The translations under genes and the position numbers were made by a program. From contig OZ244561.1 of assembly GCA_965217585.1 (NCBI GenBank), positions 1,280,001 to 1,344,000 on the forward strand: a stretch of 64,000 nucleotides of DNA. The letters are read 5' to 3'. Under the pieces are notes generated by a model. The model ran no database searches, had not been told where the DNA came from, and was given only the letters and a program-made list of their open reading frames with translations. The DNA comes from Candidatus Latescibacterota bacterium (lineage in GTDB: Bacteria > Latescibacterota > UBA2968 > UBA8231). Below are positions 36,037 to 45,289 of this stretch, one piece after another (position 1 is the first letter of the stretch; each line of letters begins with the position of its first letter).

Positions 36037-38268
36037 TCAACGGGGCGATCCTCTTTCAAAGAGATCCTCGGCCTGCCTGCGGACGATTTCGAGGACTTCC
36101 CTCCCCCGCACCAACATCCGGTGCCGACGCATTTCCACCTCGGCCCGCTCTAGGTTCCCCAGCTTTCGGTAGAGTCGAGCCAAGTGGTTGTGCACTTGCT
36201 CTTCTTCTCCATGTTGGACGAGGTATTCGTACTGCTGTACCGCCTCGTCGTAGCGCCCCAGCCCCTCGTGGGCAATGGCCAGATTCCGCCGCGCACCCCG
36301 ATGGCCGGGCTCGAGGGCGAGACAGTCGCCAAAGGCCGCGGCCGCGGCCGCAAAATCCCGGCGCTTGAGAAAGACAACGCCCAAGTTGTTGTGCAGATCG
36401 CCGCGTTCGGGCTGACGCGCCAGCAGACGCCTGTATTCCCGTTCCGCCCACTGGTCCTCCCCCCTCTGGTCATAGAGATAAGCCAAGTTATAGCGGGCGT
36501 CAAAATGGTCGGGATCCAGTTCCAAGGCTCTGCGGTACTCGGCCTCGGCCTGCTCGAGAAGCCCCCCCGTGCGGTAGACTCCGGCCAAACCAAAATGGGA
36601 CCGCGCTTTTTCGGGCTCCAGTTCGACTATTTCCCCGAAGAGAGCCACAGCGGCCTCGATCCGGCCCCCCTCCAGGTAGAGATTGCCCAAATTGCGCCGG
36701 GGGGCCGTCTCCCGGGGGGCCTGCTCTATCAAGCGGCGATAGTGACCTTCGGCGCGGTCGATTTCCCCCAAGTCCCAGTATTGTTCGGCCAGCTTGAAAC
36801 GGGCGTCGTAGTGCCCGGGATCAAGTTCGAGGGCTTTGTGCAATTCGATGGTCGACCGGGCCGCCAGTCCCTTGCGGGCATAGGCCAGCCCGGTGTAGAA
36901 GCGCTCCTGGGCGTCGTCCTGCCAAGTGACCGCCCCGGCGTTTACACTCCAAGCCAGCAGCAGCAAGACCGCCCCCAGAGGCAGAACGACCCCCCATTGA
37001 CGGTCGAGGAGGCGCGCCTTGATCCACGCTCCAGCATAGCAGGCCAGCAGGATCAGCAGGGGAATGAGGGGCAGCCGGTAGCGAGCCGTCGGGAAAAAGG
37101 CAACGACCGCCCCAGCATAGCTCAGGACAAAAAGCACGATCAGCCCCCCCTTGCTCCCTTTTGCAGCCAGGACCAGTCCGACCAGAGCCAGAGGCGCTAT
37201 CAAACCGAAGGGAAAGGCCAACTTGTCATGCCAGACCAGGGCGCTCAACAGAGGCGAGTAGCGCCGGGCGAAATACATATCCGTATTGCGTCTAATCTCC
37301 CCTCCCTGCCAGAAGAGGCCGATTTTGCGAATCTGTAGGCTCACATAATCCACTGGTCGCTCTTTTATGAAAGCGAACGCCTCCCTCCAGAAATAGGCGG
37401 ATTGTTCCGAAGGCTTTGCCAGGCCGGCCTGCTGGGGGCGCCGAATCAGGCTGTACCATTCCGTTCCTGGACGCATTTGGGCCGTGCGCGGAAAATCGGC
37501 GTTATTGCCAATATAAAAATTCAGTCCTGAATTCGAAGAGAGCAGGACCACGTCCCGGCCGACCACCCAATTGCGCCAAGCGACCCCCCCCAACACTGCG
37601 CCGATCCCCAAGACAAACACCAATGCCCTGACGAGCCGGGCGGAAAAACGAGCCGGCTCTGAACGCAGGACCAGCCACCCCACCACGCCCAGACCAAAGG
37701 ACAAGACCGTGGGAATGGCCGTGGCCGCCAGTCCCAGCGCTAGGCCGGCGGCCAAGCAAACCCACTTACTTTGGGGAGTACCGTCCCGCAAGAGGAGGAG
37801 CAACAACCCCAGATTGAGCAAAATTCCCAGCACCGGCGGCAGCAATTCGCCCTCGAAATACAGCAGCGGACCGTACACCGAGGCGATCAGGCCAGCGGCC
37901 AAGCCCACGCCCGGGGAGAACACCCGCCGCCCTACTAGGTAGAGCAAAACCACGCTGAGAGCCCCTAGGGCGAACTGGACGAGCCGATAAGCGTAAAAAT
38001 TGGGCCCGAACAGCAGGTGGAGCAGTCCCAAAAAGGCCGGATAGAGCGGCGGCTGCCAGAAGGGCTCGTCGCCCAAGCTAAAGTGGGTCACCAACCGTTC
38101 GGCCTGCTGGAAATATGTCTGGGCGTCTACTACGGGCGTGTCGAAAAGTGGACTCTGCGCCGCCTCGTGGAGATAGACCAGCCGCCAGCCAAGGGCAAAG
38201 AGGAACAACCCGCAGGCGCTGATCCACACCGGCTTTTCCACCAGGCGAATGTACCAACCCGGCTCCAT
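36037..38268 (-). CDS. GT-C (ArnT/PMT-like, family 39) glycosyltransferase fused to TPR repeats
   Basis: About 11 TM helices; VDAQTY, FWQPPLYP, NFYIGN and RYRLP motifs; C-terminal TPR array. Confidence 0.8.
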   Translation of the reverse strand: MEPGWYIRLVEKPVWISACGLFLFALGWRLVYLHEAAQSPLFDTPVVDAQTYFQQAERLVTHFSLGDEPFWQPPLYPAFLGLLHLLFGPNFYAYRLVQFALGALSVVLLYLVGRRVFSPGVGLAAGLIASVYGPLLYFEGELLPPVLGILLNLGLLLLLLRDGTPQSKWVCLAAGLALGLAATAIPTVLSFGLGVVGWLVLRSEPARFSARLVRALVFVLGIGAVLGGVAWRNWVVGRDVVLLSSNSGLNFYIGNNADFPRTAQMRPGTEWYSLIRRPQQAGLAKPSEQSAYFWREAFAFIKERPVDYVSLQIRKIGLFWQGGEIRRNTDMYFARRYSPLLSALVWHDKLAFPFGLIAPLALVGLVLAAKGSKGGLIVLFVLSYAGAVVAFFPTARYRLPLIPLLILLACYAGAWIKARLLDRQWGVVLPLGAVLLLLAWSVNAGAVTWQDDAQERFYTGLAYARKGLAARSTIELHKALELDPGHYDARFKLAEQYWDLGEIDRAEGHYRRLIEQAPRETAPRRNLGNLYLEGGRIEAAVALFGEIVELEPEKARSHFGLAGVYRTGGLLEQAEAEYRRALELDPDHFDARYNLAYLYDQRGEDQWAEREYRRLLARQPERGDLHNNLGVVFLKRRDFAAAAAAFGDCLALEPGHRGARRNLAIAHEGLGRYDEAVQQYEYLVQHGEEEQVHNHLARLYRKLGNLERAEVEMRRHRMLVRGREVLEIVRRQAEDLFERGSPR

Positions 38269-38271
38269 GGT

Positions 38272-41200
38272 TCAGTACACTACACTCACTACCCGGACCT
38301 GAGTGTTCTGCACATCCTCGTCCGTATCCACGTGGATGCGGCACAGGTAGATTCCGGGAGGCACCTGAGCCCCGGAGACATCGCGGCCATCCCATTCTAG
38401 CACCTGTCGCCCGCCCACCCCGGCGGCGGCTACTCGGGCTACGGGAACGCCATTGAGGGTCGAAAATTCGGCTTCGATCCGGCGGTCCTTATCGATCTTC
38501 AGCACGGAGAATACTACCTGCAGTCGGTCATTGACGCCGTCGCCATTGGGCGTAAAGGGATTGGGAGTCAATTCTAGACTGTGGAGGACGCGGTTCTCGA
38601 TGGGGACGAATACAACTGCGCCTTGGCCTTCCACTCGGTCCATGGCATTTCCTTGGTCCACTTGCTGCCACGAATCGGCGATGCCAGAATTGCTTACCTC
38701 GGACCTAAAGGTCGTGCCGTTGAGGAAAATCTGGGAAATGAACCGCAATTCGACCACCTTTCCCCCCTGAAGGACTGTGCCGCGCTGGGTGCGAGGGAGC
38801 GCGGCGTAAGTGGCCCGGGTGAGCGATTCGCCGTCATTGTCCAGCGCGACCTCTTCCCCCTCGAACAAGCGGCGGAAATAGCGCATCGGCCCCTGGGCTT
38901 CAAAAGACAGAGTGTTATAGGTGTTCTGGTCCACCGGCTCCAACAAGGGAACCCCGGTCGAATCGGTTTCCACGATCCGAAAATAATCGATGCGGCCCTG
39001 CTCGCTTTCCGGCAGCAGACCGTACTCGCGCCGGGAGAGGGTCCGTCCCCGTTTGTTGAGCGGGGCTTCATCGCCCGTCTGGGCGATGCGCTGGTAAATG
39101 GGCCCTTTGTCGGGATTGTCTTCTACTGGACGCGGCAGTTGGATCCACAAGGTATCGGCCCCAGTAGCGCGGATCTGCACGTTCTCTCCCGCATCGTTGA
39201 CCAAGACATCTGGACCGCCGGCCCGGAAGATCTCCCCTTCACCCTCTAGTAACTCATCCGGCGTCCCGAGGCGCACCTCGAGCAATTCCATGGCCGTCTG
39301 CTGCGAGGCCAGCACCCGGATCTCGTCGAAGCGCGGACTGCGCAATTGGGCGGGCTGGTCGACAAAAACAGGGCTTAGGTACAGCGAAAAGGTATCGGGC
39401 GCAGCGCTTCGCACATCAATCTGAGGGGATATTTCGCTGACAATCCGCTGGACAATGGGGTCAGTGAAGTGGACGATCAGCGAATCTAGGGTGGCAAAGG
39501 CATCGGGCCGGCTGGAGAGTATCCGAGCCTGGATCTTGAGGAACTTCCTCGGCGAGGGCGAGAGGAACAGATCCCCTGAGTTTTCATAGGGTTTACTCCA
39601 AGGACTCCAGTCGACCCCTGCGGAAAAGGTGGCGGTCGAATCGCCGCGCTGGAAAGTGGCCAGCTGATTGTAGTACTTTTCGCGGGTGACTTCCTTGCCC
39701 CCCTTGTCGAAGAAGTGCTTGACCGGGATCAGTTCGCTGCCAGTCTGAGTGCGGATCTCTATAAGCGTGCCCGGCGGAGTTTCGCCCGCCCAGAGGACCC
39801 GGGTGAGATTGCGCGTCCCCCCCAACTCCATGAGCGGCGACGTGAGTACCACTTCGGGGACGTAGCCCTGCCCGAAGAATTGAATCTCGCCAATTTCGTA
39901 CTGCGCCCCGTACTGGCCGGAGCTCCGGCCAGTGCCGTCGATGTGCTTGAATTCGAAGAAGCGGACTTGGCGGGCCCGAAAGCGGTCTTCAAAACGGGCT
40001 AGAGCCGTTGTGTTGATCTCGCGTTCTGGGGGACTGACTACCTCCCACAACAGCGAGCCATCCGAGGCCGTGGACCCGTCTGAAACCCGGGCCACGTAGC
40101 CGAGGAGGCGCCGCCGGGGATTATCGGGAATGACGCGGTACGTATCCATCCAAAAATTCATCCCGAAGTCGAGGGTGAGTAGGCCGCCGCGTTCGCTCCC
40201 CGGTCCGGTTTCGAGGAAAGTCTGGGCCTTCCAGTAGGTTCTATAATCCCCGTCAAACGCAAGGGCCGGAATGTGCCCTTCGCGCCCCGACACCTCGACC
40301 TTGCCACCTCTATCCTGTAGTCCCAGAGCCAGATTGTCGCCCACGCCAAACACTTCTACATCGGCCAGGCGCGGCCTCTCTTTCCGGTAGTAGCGCACGC
40401 TTCCCCGACGCTCTTGGCCCACGCTTTCGAATTCGGTTTGAGTGGTGGCGATCTCCTGCCCGTCAAAGGTCCTGAGAAAGTAATCGATGGCACCCTGCTG
40501 GGCCGGAGGCAGCGCTTCGTAGTCTTGCCGACTGATCTCGACCGCCCGATTCTTCCGGCTATCCGTCACCACGATGCGCACGTACTGGATAGGAGCGCCT
40601 GTATAGTTCTCTTCGACCTTAAGGTCGGGCTCGAGGACGTATTCAAAAAGGCGCTGGTCCTGCACCGCGCGGGTAGTCCCGCCGATAATGCGGTACTCCA
40701 GAGTCTGCCGGTTGCCAAAGGCGAATTCGCCGTTGGAAACCAGCACCCTGAACTGGCGGAAAGGATCGCCCAACTCCTCATCGACAAAGCGCAGAACCAC
40801 CTTTTCCGCAGACACCAGTCTCCCCAGGTCAATCTCGATCCACCACTCGCTCTCGGGACGGTCGAGATCGGGTTCCCAAAAGGTCTCTAGGCGGTTTCTG
40901 CCCCGGTCGATGATTCCCGCTGTCTGGTCGACATTAGAGCCGGCGTTCTTGATACCACCCCAAGTAAACAGATCGTTGCCGTTTTGGAAGGTATTGATGT
41001 AGAAATCCTTGACTTTGCCTTCGATGAAATGGCTGAAGGTGGGGGCGTCGCTCACCGCGTCGACCCCCTTGCGGATGAAGCGAGGCACGACCAGACCCGC
41101 GGGCGTAATTTCCAAGACGTCCTGGCGGACCTCTCCTACCGGTTCCTGGAGACTGCCCAAGCTCCACTCGTTCCAGTCCCGCGCCCGAGCCACTGTGAGG

Positions 41201-41304
41201 CGCTGGCGCTCGAGCCGAAAGCCCTGTGCCCAAATCCACTCGGGCAACAACAGCAGACTGGCGCTCAACAAGACTACACTGGTCGCGATCAAAGACCTTT
41301 TCAC
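38272..41304 (-). CDS. Large secreted protein with two discoidin-like domains, YxxL..[RQ]G repeats and FTPNGDGVND-type CTD
   Basis: GTG start; signal peptide; WWIEIDLGR, AFDGDYRTYW, SPSPRKFLKI; ends VVSVVY. Confidence 0.85.
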   Translation of the reverse strand: MKRSLIATSVVLLSASLLLLPEWIWAQGFRLERQRLTVARARDWNEWSLGSLQEPVGEVRQDVLEITPAGLVVPRFIRKGVDAVSDAPTFSHFIEGKVKDFYINTFQNGNDLFTWGGIKNAGSNVDQTAGIIDRGRNRLETFWEPDLDRPESEWWIEIDLGRLVSAEKVVLRFVDEELGDPFRQFRVLVSNGEFAFGNRQTLEYRIIGGTTRAVQDQRLFEYVLEPDLKVEENYTGAPIQYVRIVVTDSRKNRAVEISRQDYEALPPAQQGAIDYFLRTFDGQEIATTQTEFESVGQERRGSVRYYRKERPRLADVEVFGVGDNLALGLQDRGGKVEVSGREGHIPALAFDGDYRTYWKAQTFLETGPGSERGGLLTLDFGMNFWMDTYRVIPDNPRRRLLGYVARVSDGSTASDGSLLWEVVSPPEREINTTALARFEDRFRARQVRFFEFKHIDGTGRSSGQYGAQYEIGEIQFFGQGYVPEVVLTSPLMELGGTRNLTRVLWAGETPPGTLIEIRTQTGSELIPVKHFFDKGGKEVTREKYYNQLATFQRGDSTATFSAGVDWSPWSKPYENSGDLFLSPSPRKFLKIQARILSSRPDAFATLDSLIVHFTDPIVQRIVSEISPQIDVRSAAPDTFSLYLSPVFVDQPAQLRSPRFDEIRVLASQQTAMELLEVRLGTPDELLEGEGEIFRAGGPDVLVNDAGENVQIRATGADTLWIQLPRPVEDNPDKGPIYQRIAQTGDEAPLNKRGRTLSRREYGLLPESEQGRIDYFRIVETDSTGVPLLEPVDQNTYNTLSFEAQGPMRYFRRLFEGEEVALDNDGESLTRATYAALPRTQRGTVLQGGKVVELRFISQIFLNGTTFRSEVSNSGIADSWQQVDQGNAMDRVEGQGAVVFVPIENRVLHSLELTPNPFTPNGDGVNDRLQVVFSVLKIDKDRRIEAEFSTLNGVPVARVAAAGVGGRQVLEWDGRDVSGAQVPPGIYLCRIHVDTDEDVQNTQVRVVSVVY

Positions 41305-41380
41305 GGCTTATCCTCTTTGGAGGATCGGGTAATAGGGGCCGGGACCGTCGTCAGAGTGGTGGACCCGGAGTCCTTAAACC

Positions 41381-41414
41381 GGACGAGGGAGGCTATACAA
41401 CGCCTCCCTCGTCC
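41381..41414. other. Perfect 13-bp-stem hairpin
   Basis: GGACGAGGGAGGC-N8-GCCTCCCTCGTCC. Confidence 0.8.
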
Positions 41415-41431
41415 TCGCAAAAAATACTGCT

Positions 41432-41457
41432 CAAAAACAGGCGAATACGTCGCCTGT
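41432..41457 (-). terminator. Intrinsic terminator after 41489-42403
   Basis: ACAGGCGA-N5-TCGCCTGT stem followed by a short T run on the minus strand. Confidence 0.6.
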
Positions 41458-41488
41458 CTGCGTCTTGATCTTCGGCTTGTCCAGATTA

Positions 41489-42403
41489 CTACTGGAACCG
41501 GGCTTTTAGCCGGCCCCAGGTCTCGGCCTCAACTGCGGTACCGCCGAAGACATCTTCGACAGGTGCCAGCAGAAAATCAGACGCATTGACGCCGTCACAG
41601 CACGGACCTCCCGTAATCCAGTACCCGTCGTAGGGAGAAGAACCATCATCCCTCAGCGGTTGCTGACCTTTGACGCCGTCGTAGTCAGACCAGATGAGAT
41701 TGATGCCGATGGTCTCGCCCTCTTCAAGGGTGCTCGGAGTACTGGTGTCGGGACCGTTGTGATCTAGATCGTCCCAGACCGTGAAGGACATCTCGTAGTA
41801 ATAGGTGCTCTCATCGAATTGCTCGCCCTCGAACGACCAGGCGAAATCGAAGTGCGGCGAATCATCCTGCCACTGACCCGTATTGCCACTTTGTACGTCG
41901 CGGTCTCCCACGGGGGGCACGGCGATCGACCACCACTGCAGGGTGGAATTGGTCGCCCGCTGGCGCTCCTCGTCGGTGGCCCCATCAGCCCTGCCGTACT
42001 CGGCTACGTACGGCGATCCGGCGTGGTCGCCATCGATCCAGAACTCGAAATTGTCGTCAGCACAATTGCACTGCCCCGGATCGGTGTTGTCGCGCTCGTG
42101 CAGATCGTCGAAGACCGAACTAGCCATGAGCACCTTGTCGCTGGCGTCGTTGTAACCGACGTACCCGCGAAAATCTAGGTCGGCCTTGTCGACGACGTTG
42201 CTATAGAGGGATTCGTGTGTATCCTCCGGTTTGACGACGTAGACCTCGGGCACAACGGCCCATTCGCTGAGGTCTCCATCGATAGTAGGCACGGCGCTAT
42301 CCGGCCATTGAAAGGCCAGGAACGTGCGGTCGGCGGGCACGTGGGCCCACGCTGCCTGCACTAGGAGAGATACGACCCCCATTAGGATAAGGGTCTTCTT
42401 CAT
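41489..42403 (-). CDS. Secreted DOMON/CBM9-like protein with C-terminal TAVEAETWGRLK motif
   Basis: RBS AAGGAGG; signal AWA-H; PTIDGDLSEW, DNFEFWIDGD, YYEM, IGIN...SDYD. Confidence 0.8.
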   Translation of the reverse strand: MKKTLILMGVVSLLVQAAWAHVPADRTFLAFQWPDSAVPTIDGDLSEWAVVPEVYVVKPEDTHESLYSNVVDKADLDFRGYVGYNDASDKVLMASSVFDDLHERDNTDPGQCNCADDNFEFWIDGDHAGSPYVAEYGRADGATDEERQRATNSTLQWWSIAVPPVGDRDVQSGNTGQWQDDSPHFDFAWSFEGEQFDESTYYYEMSFTVWDDLDHNGPDTSTPSTLEEGETIGINLIWSDYDGVKGQQPLRDDGSSPYDGYWITGGPCCDGVNASDFLLAPVEDVFGGTAVEAETWGRLKARFQ

Positions 42404-42424
42404 TCCTGATTCCTCCTTCTTCAT

Positions 42425-42830
42425 TTTTTTAACGTTAGTTTAATCAAGGAATTAAAGCAGAGGAAACCCTCTCTGACCTCCTTTCAGGGCATCCTGTTGA
42501 CTATCCGATAAGACTACTCAACCGTCCATAAAGACAAAAGGTGCAAGCGAAGATAACTCAGAGGAGTCAATCTTCCAAATAATTTTCAATGAGATCCATA
42601 GTAAATGTCAAATAGAATCCCGGGGGAATCGCCGCAGAATGCCTCGTAGAACCGAAGCCTCGTAAAACCGAAAGATGTCGCCGGTAGAGCACCGAAAAAT
42701 GGTTTCCGTTTCCATGTATTTTGTCGTATAATACTTGCTTACTCACTGGGCTTAAGTCAATCATTCTATCCGAACCCGGTCTCAACTCGTCGGCGGCAGA
42801 ATTGCCTCCCAATCTGTCTTTGAGGTGGAT
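42425..42830. promoter_or_regulatory. AT-rich divergent promoter region
   Basis: TTGACA (minus, 42606-42611) with GAAAAT 18 bp downstream; TATAAT (plus, 42727-42732). Confidence 0.45.
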
Positions 42831-42833
42831 CCC

Positions 42834-45224
42834 ATGTCCCGTCCTATTTTCTGGTGTATTGCCGCCTGCTGCCTTTTTACGGTGCTCGGCTTTGAGCCTA
42901 GCCAAGCAGTGGAGACCATCGTCGTGGGGGGCGGCGATCGTCCATGGAGTACTGGCGGCGGTGACGAGACATCCACCCCACCGGCCTTGACGCCTCAATT
43001 TCGCCTGACCCCTCGCACAGCGGGCAGCGGCAATACGCCCGGCGGGGTCATTGACTTCGATGCCGAATCGGGCTGGATCGTGCCCACGCAAATCGATCCC
43101 GAACGCAACTTGTTCCAGTTGATCCGCGAGCAGGGCGGCTCTCCCAGCATCACTTCGCCGAATGTGAGCGATATTCCCAGAGCCGTACTCGAGAACATTT
43201 TGCAGGGCATCACTGACGGCAGCGATGTAGTATATGTCCGCAAGAGCACTCCCGCCCAGAGAAACGTCAATCCACTGGGCGAACACATCGACATTGACTT
43301 GGGTGCCCGCTTTGGCATTGAGCGCATCCGCTTCTACCCCAGCGTCTTCTTTCCCGGGGACTTTATCAAAGCCTTTGAAGTCAAGCTCAACGACGGCAGT
43401 CCCGCCAGCCTCACTGAATCGGGCAATCCCCTCTGGACTCTGGCTTTCCGCAATGTCCAGAACAACCAGTCCGACACCAACGTGACCATCCCGCTCCAGT
43501 TCGTCCGCCACCTGCGTCTGACTTCGCTCACCACTGCCGGCTTCGAGATCGACGAGATCGAACTCTACGGCCGGGGCTACGTGCCGACTAGCCGCTACTT
43601 GTCGGACATCTTTGACTTGGGCGAAAAACGGGGGGTCTGGGGCCAGATCCGCTGGGTGGCTGAACCCATCGGCGACCCCGCGCAATCGCGCATCTTAGTG
43701 CGCACTCGCGCGGGCAGCACCGAGTCGCCACTGATCTTTACCCGGATGGTCATCTCCCGCCGCCTCAGCGAGGAACCCTTCCGCTTCGCCCTGGACCGGA
43801 TCACCTACGACCGGGCCACGGTAGGAGTGGTCTTGGCTCCGGTGGAAGTGCCCGAACAGAGCATTTCCCCGGACGAGTACAGCGCCCTAGAGGAGGAAAT
43901 AAGGGACTGGTTGGAACTGCAGGGGGCCGTCTATTCCGCGCTCGACGAGGCCGGCGATGAACAGACGGTGAGTCGCGCCGACTACCTGACCCTAGACGTG
44001 CAACGCCGAGGAGCGGTTTCGCTGGCCGCCCTCCAAATTCCGGTCGATGCCTACCGTCCCCTGACCCGCTCAGTCAAGGACTGGCTGGCCGCCCACGGGG
44101 CCCAGTACTTCCGCCGGGCCAATATCGGCGAAGCTGTCCCCTACAATTTCGATGGGGTCCCGATCACTGCCTCGGCCTACAACCGCCTCCCGCCCGAGGA
44201 ACGCGGTCCCATGCTGGAGGACACCGAGAACTGGAGCCCTTGGTCGGCACCTTATCCGGCTGCCAGTGGCCTGGAGGGCACACCCATCACTTCGCCGGCT
44301 CCGCGCCGCTACCTCCAGTTTGAGATCGCCTTTGAGAGCGAGGATCTGGAGGCGGTGCACCGAGTCGACTCGCTCTCCCTAGAGGTCTCTTCCCCGCCCG
44401 TGGCCCAGCGTCTCGTCGCCGAGATCTTCCCCCGCGAAGTACAACCCGGCCAGAGCGTGGAATTCACCTATGCGGTACGGCCCACCCTAGACCCCGACAG
44501 CGATCTGGGTTTCGATAATTTCGAGATCCAGACCCCGGTTCCCATCCAACAGCTACTGGAGATTCAGATCCTCGACCCAGAAGACCGGATCGAGGCCCAG
44601 CAGGTCTTTGGCGAACCCGTCGCCGAACTATCTCTGCCCTTTGAGAAAGGCGATTTCACCCTGGTCTCCGTCGACCCCGACCGCTTCCAAGTGCGCTTCC
44701 CCAAGATAGAAACCGACGGAGCTCTCTTGAAAATGCGTTTCGTCACCTCAGTCCTGCGCTTCGGCACGACCTTTGACGGACGGGGAATCAGCGAGGAGGA
44801 TGAGGGGCTGCCGCAGCCAGCCTTCCCCGGCAACGTGGCCTCGCTGGGCGAGCACGATGCCGCCAACCTCTCCGGCCTGACCGTCTTCATCGATCTGACT
44901 GGCAAGTTGCTCAGCGACGTGCGCGCTGTGCCCAACCCTTTTACTCCCAATGGAGACGGCATTAACGACCGCACCGAAATCCGCTACGACGTCCTCAAAC
45001 TCACCGAGCCGACTCCGGTGCAAGTGGACCTCTACACCCTCGCCGGCCAGCGCGTGCGCACTCTGCAGGCTGCTGAAATCCCCAGCGGACGCTATGCAGT
45101 GCCCTGGGATGCCAAGGACGAGACAGGACGCCCAGTGCCGCCCGGCCTCTATCTGTTTAGGATCAAAGTCGAGTCGGACCTGAATACGGAGGAGTCATTG
45201 GGCACTATCGCAGTCGTCTATTGA
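42834..45224 (+). CDS. Secreted discoidin-like protein with YxxL repeats and FTPNGDGIND-type CTD
   Basis: RBS GAGGTGG; signal SQA-V; IDIDLG, EIELYGRGY, WSPWSAPY, SPAPRRYLQF; ends TIAVVY. Confidence 0.85.
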   Translation: MSRPIFWCIAACCLFTVLGFEPSQAVETIVVGGGDRPWSTGGGDETSTPPALTPQFRLTPRTAGSGNTPGGVIDFDAESGWIVPTQIDPERNLFQLIREQGGSPSITSPNVSDIPRAVLENILQGITDGSDVVYVRKSTPAQRNVNPLGEHIDIDLGARFGIERIRFYPSVFFPGDFIKAFEVKLNDGSPASLTESGNPLWTLAFRNVQNNQSDTNVTIPLQFVRHLRLTSLTTAGFEIDEIELYGRGYVPTSRYLSDIFDLGEKRGVWGQIRWVAEPIGDPAQSRILVRTRAGSTESPLIFTRMVISRRLSEEPFRFALDRITYDRATVGVVLAPVEVPEQSISPDEYSALEEEIRDWLELQGAVYSALDEAGDEQTVSRADYLTLDVQRRGAVSLAALQIPVDAYRPLTRSVKDWLAAHGAQYFRRANIGEAVPYNFDGVPITASAYNRLPPEERGPMLEDTENWSPWSAPYPAASGLEGTPITSPAPRRYLQFEIAFESEDLEAVHRVDSLSLEVSSPPVAQRLVAEIFPREVQPGQSVEFTYAVRPTLDPDSDLGFDNFEIQTPVPIQQLLEIQILDPEDRIEAQQVFGEPVAELSLPFEKGDFTLVSVDPDRFQVRFPKIETDGALLKMRFVTSVLRFGTTFDGRGISEEDEGLPQPAFPGNVASLGEHDAANLSGLTVFIDLTGKLLSDVRAVPNPFTPNGDGINDRTEIRYDVLKLTEPTPVQVDLYTLAGQRVRTLQAAEIPSGRYAVPWDAKDETGRPVPPGLYLFRIKVESDLNTEESLGTIAVVY

Positions 45225-45289
45225 GTTGATAAATACACCTGTCAAATGAAAAGCTCGTGCCCGCGGGGCCTGTCAAAGGAGGGCTTGGC

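Noticed and set aside
42567-43685. 372-aa minus-strand ORF
   Set aside because: Antisense to 42834-45224, which has a signal peptide, RBS and paralogs
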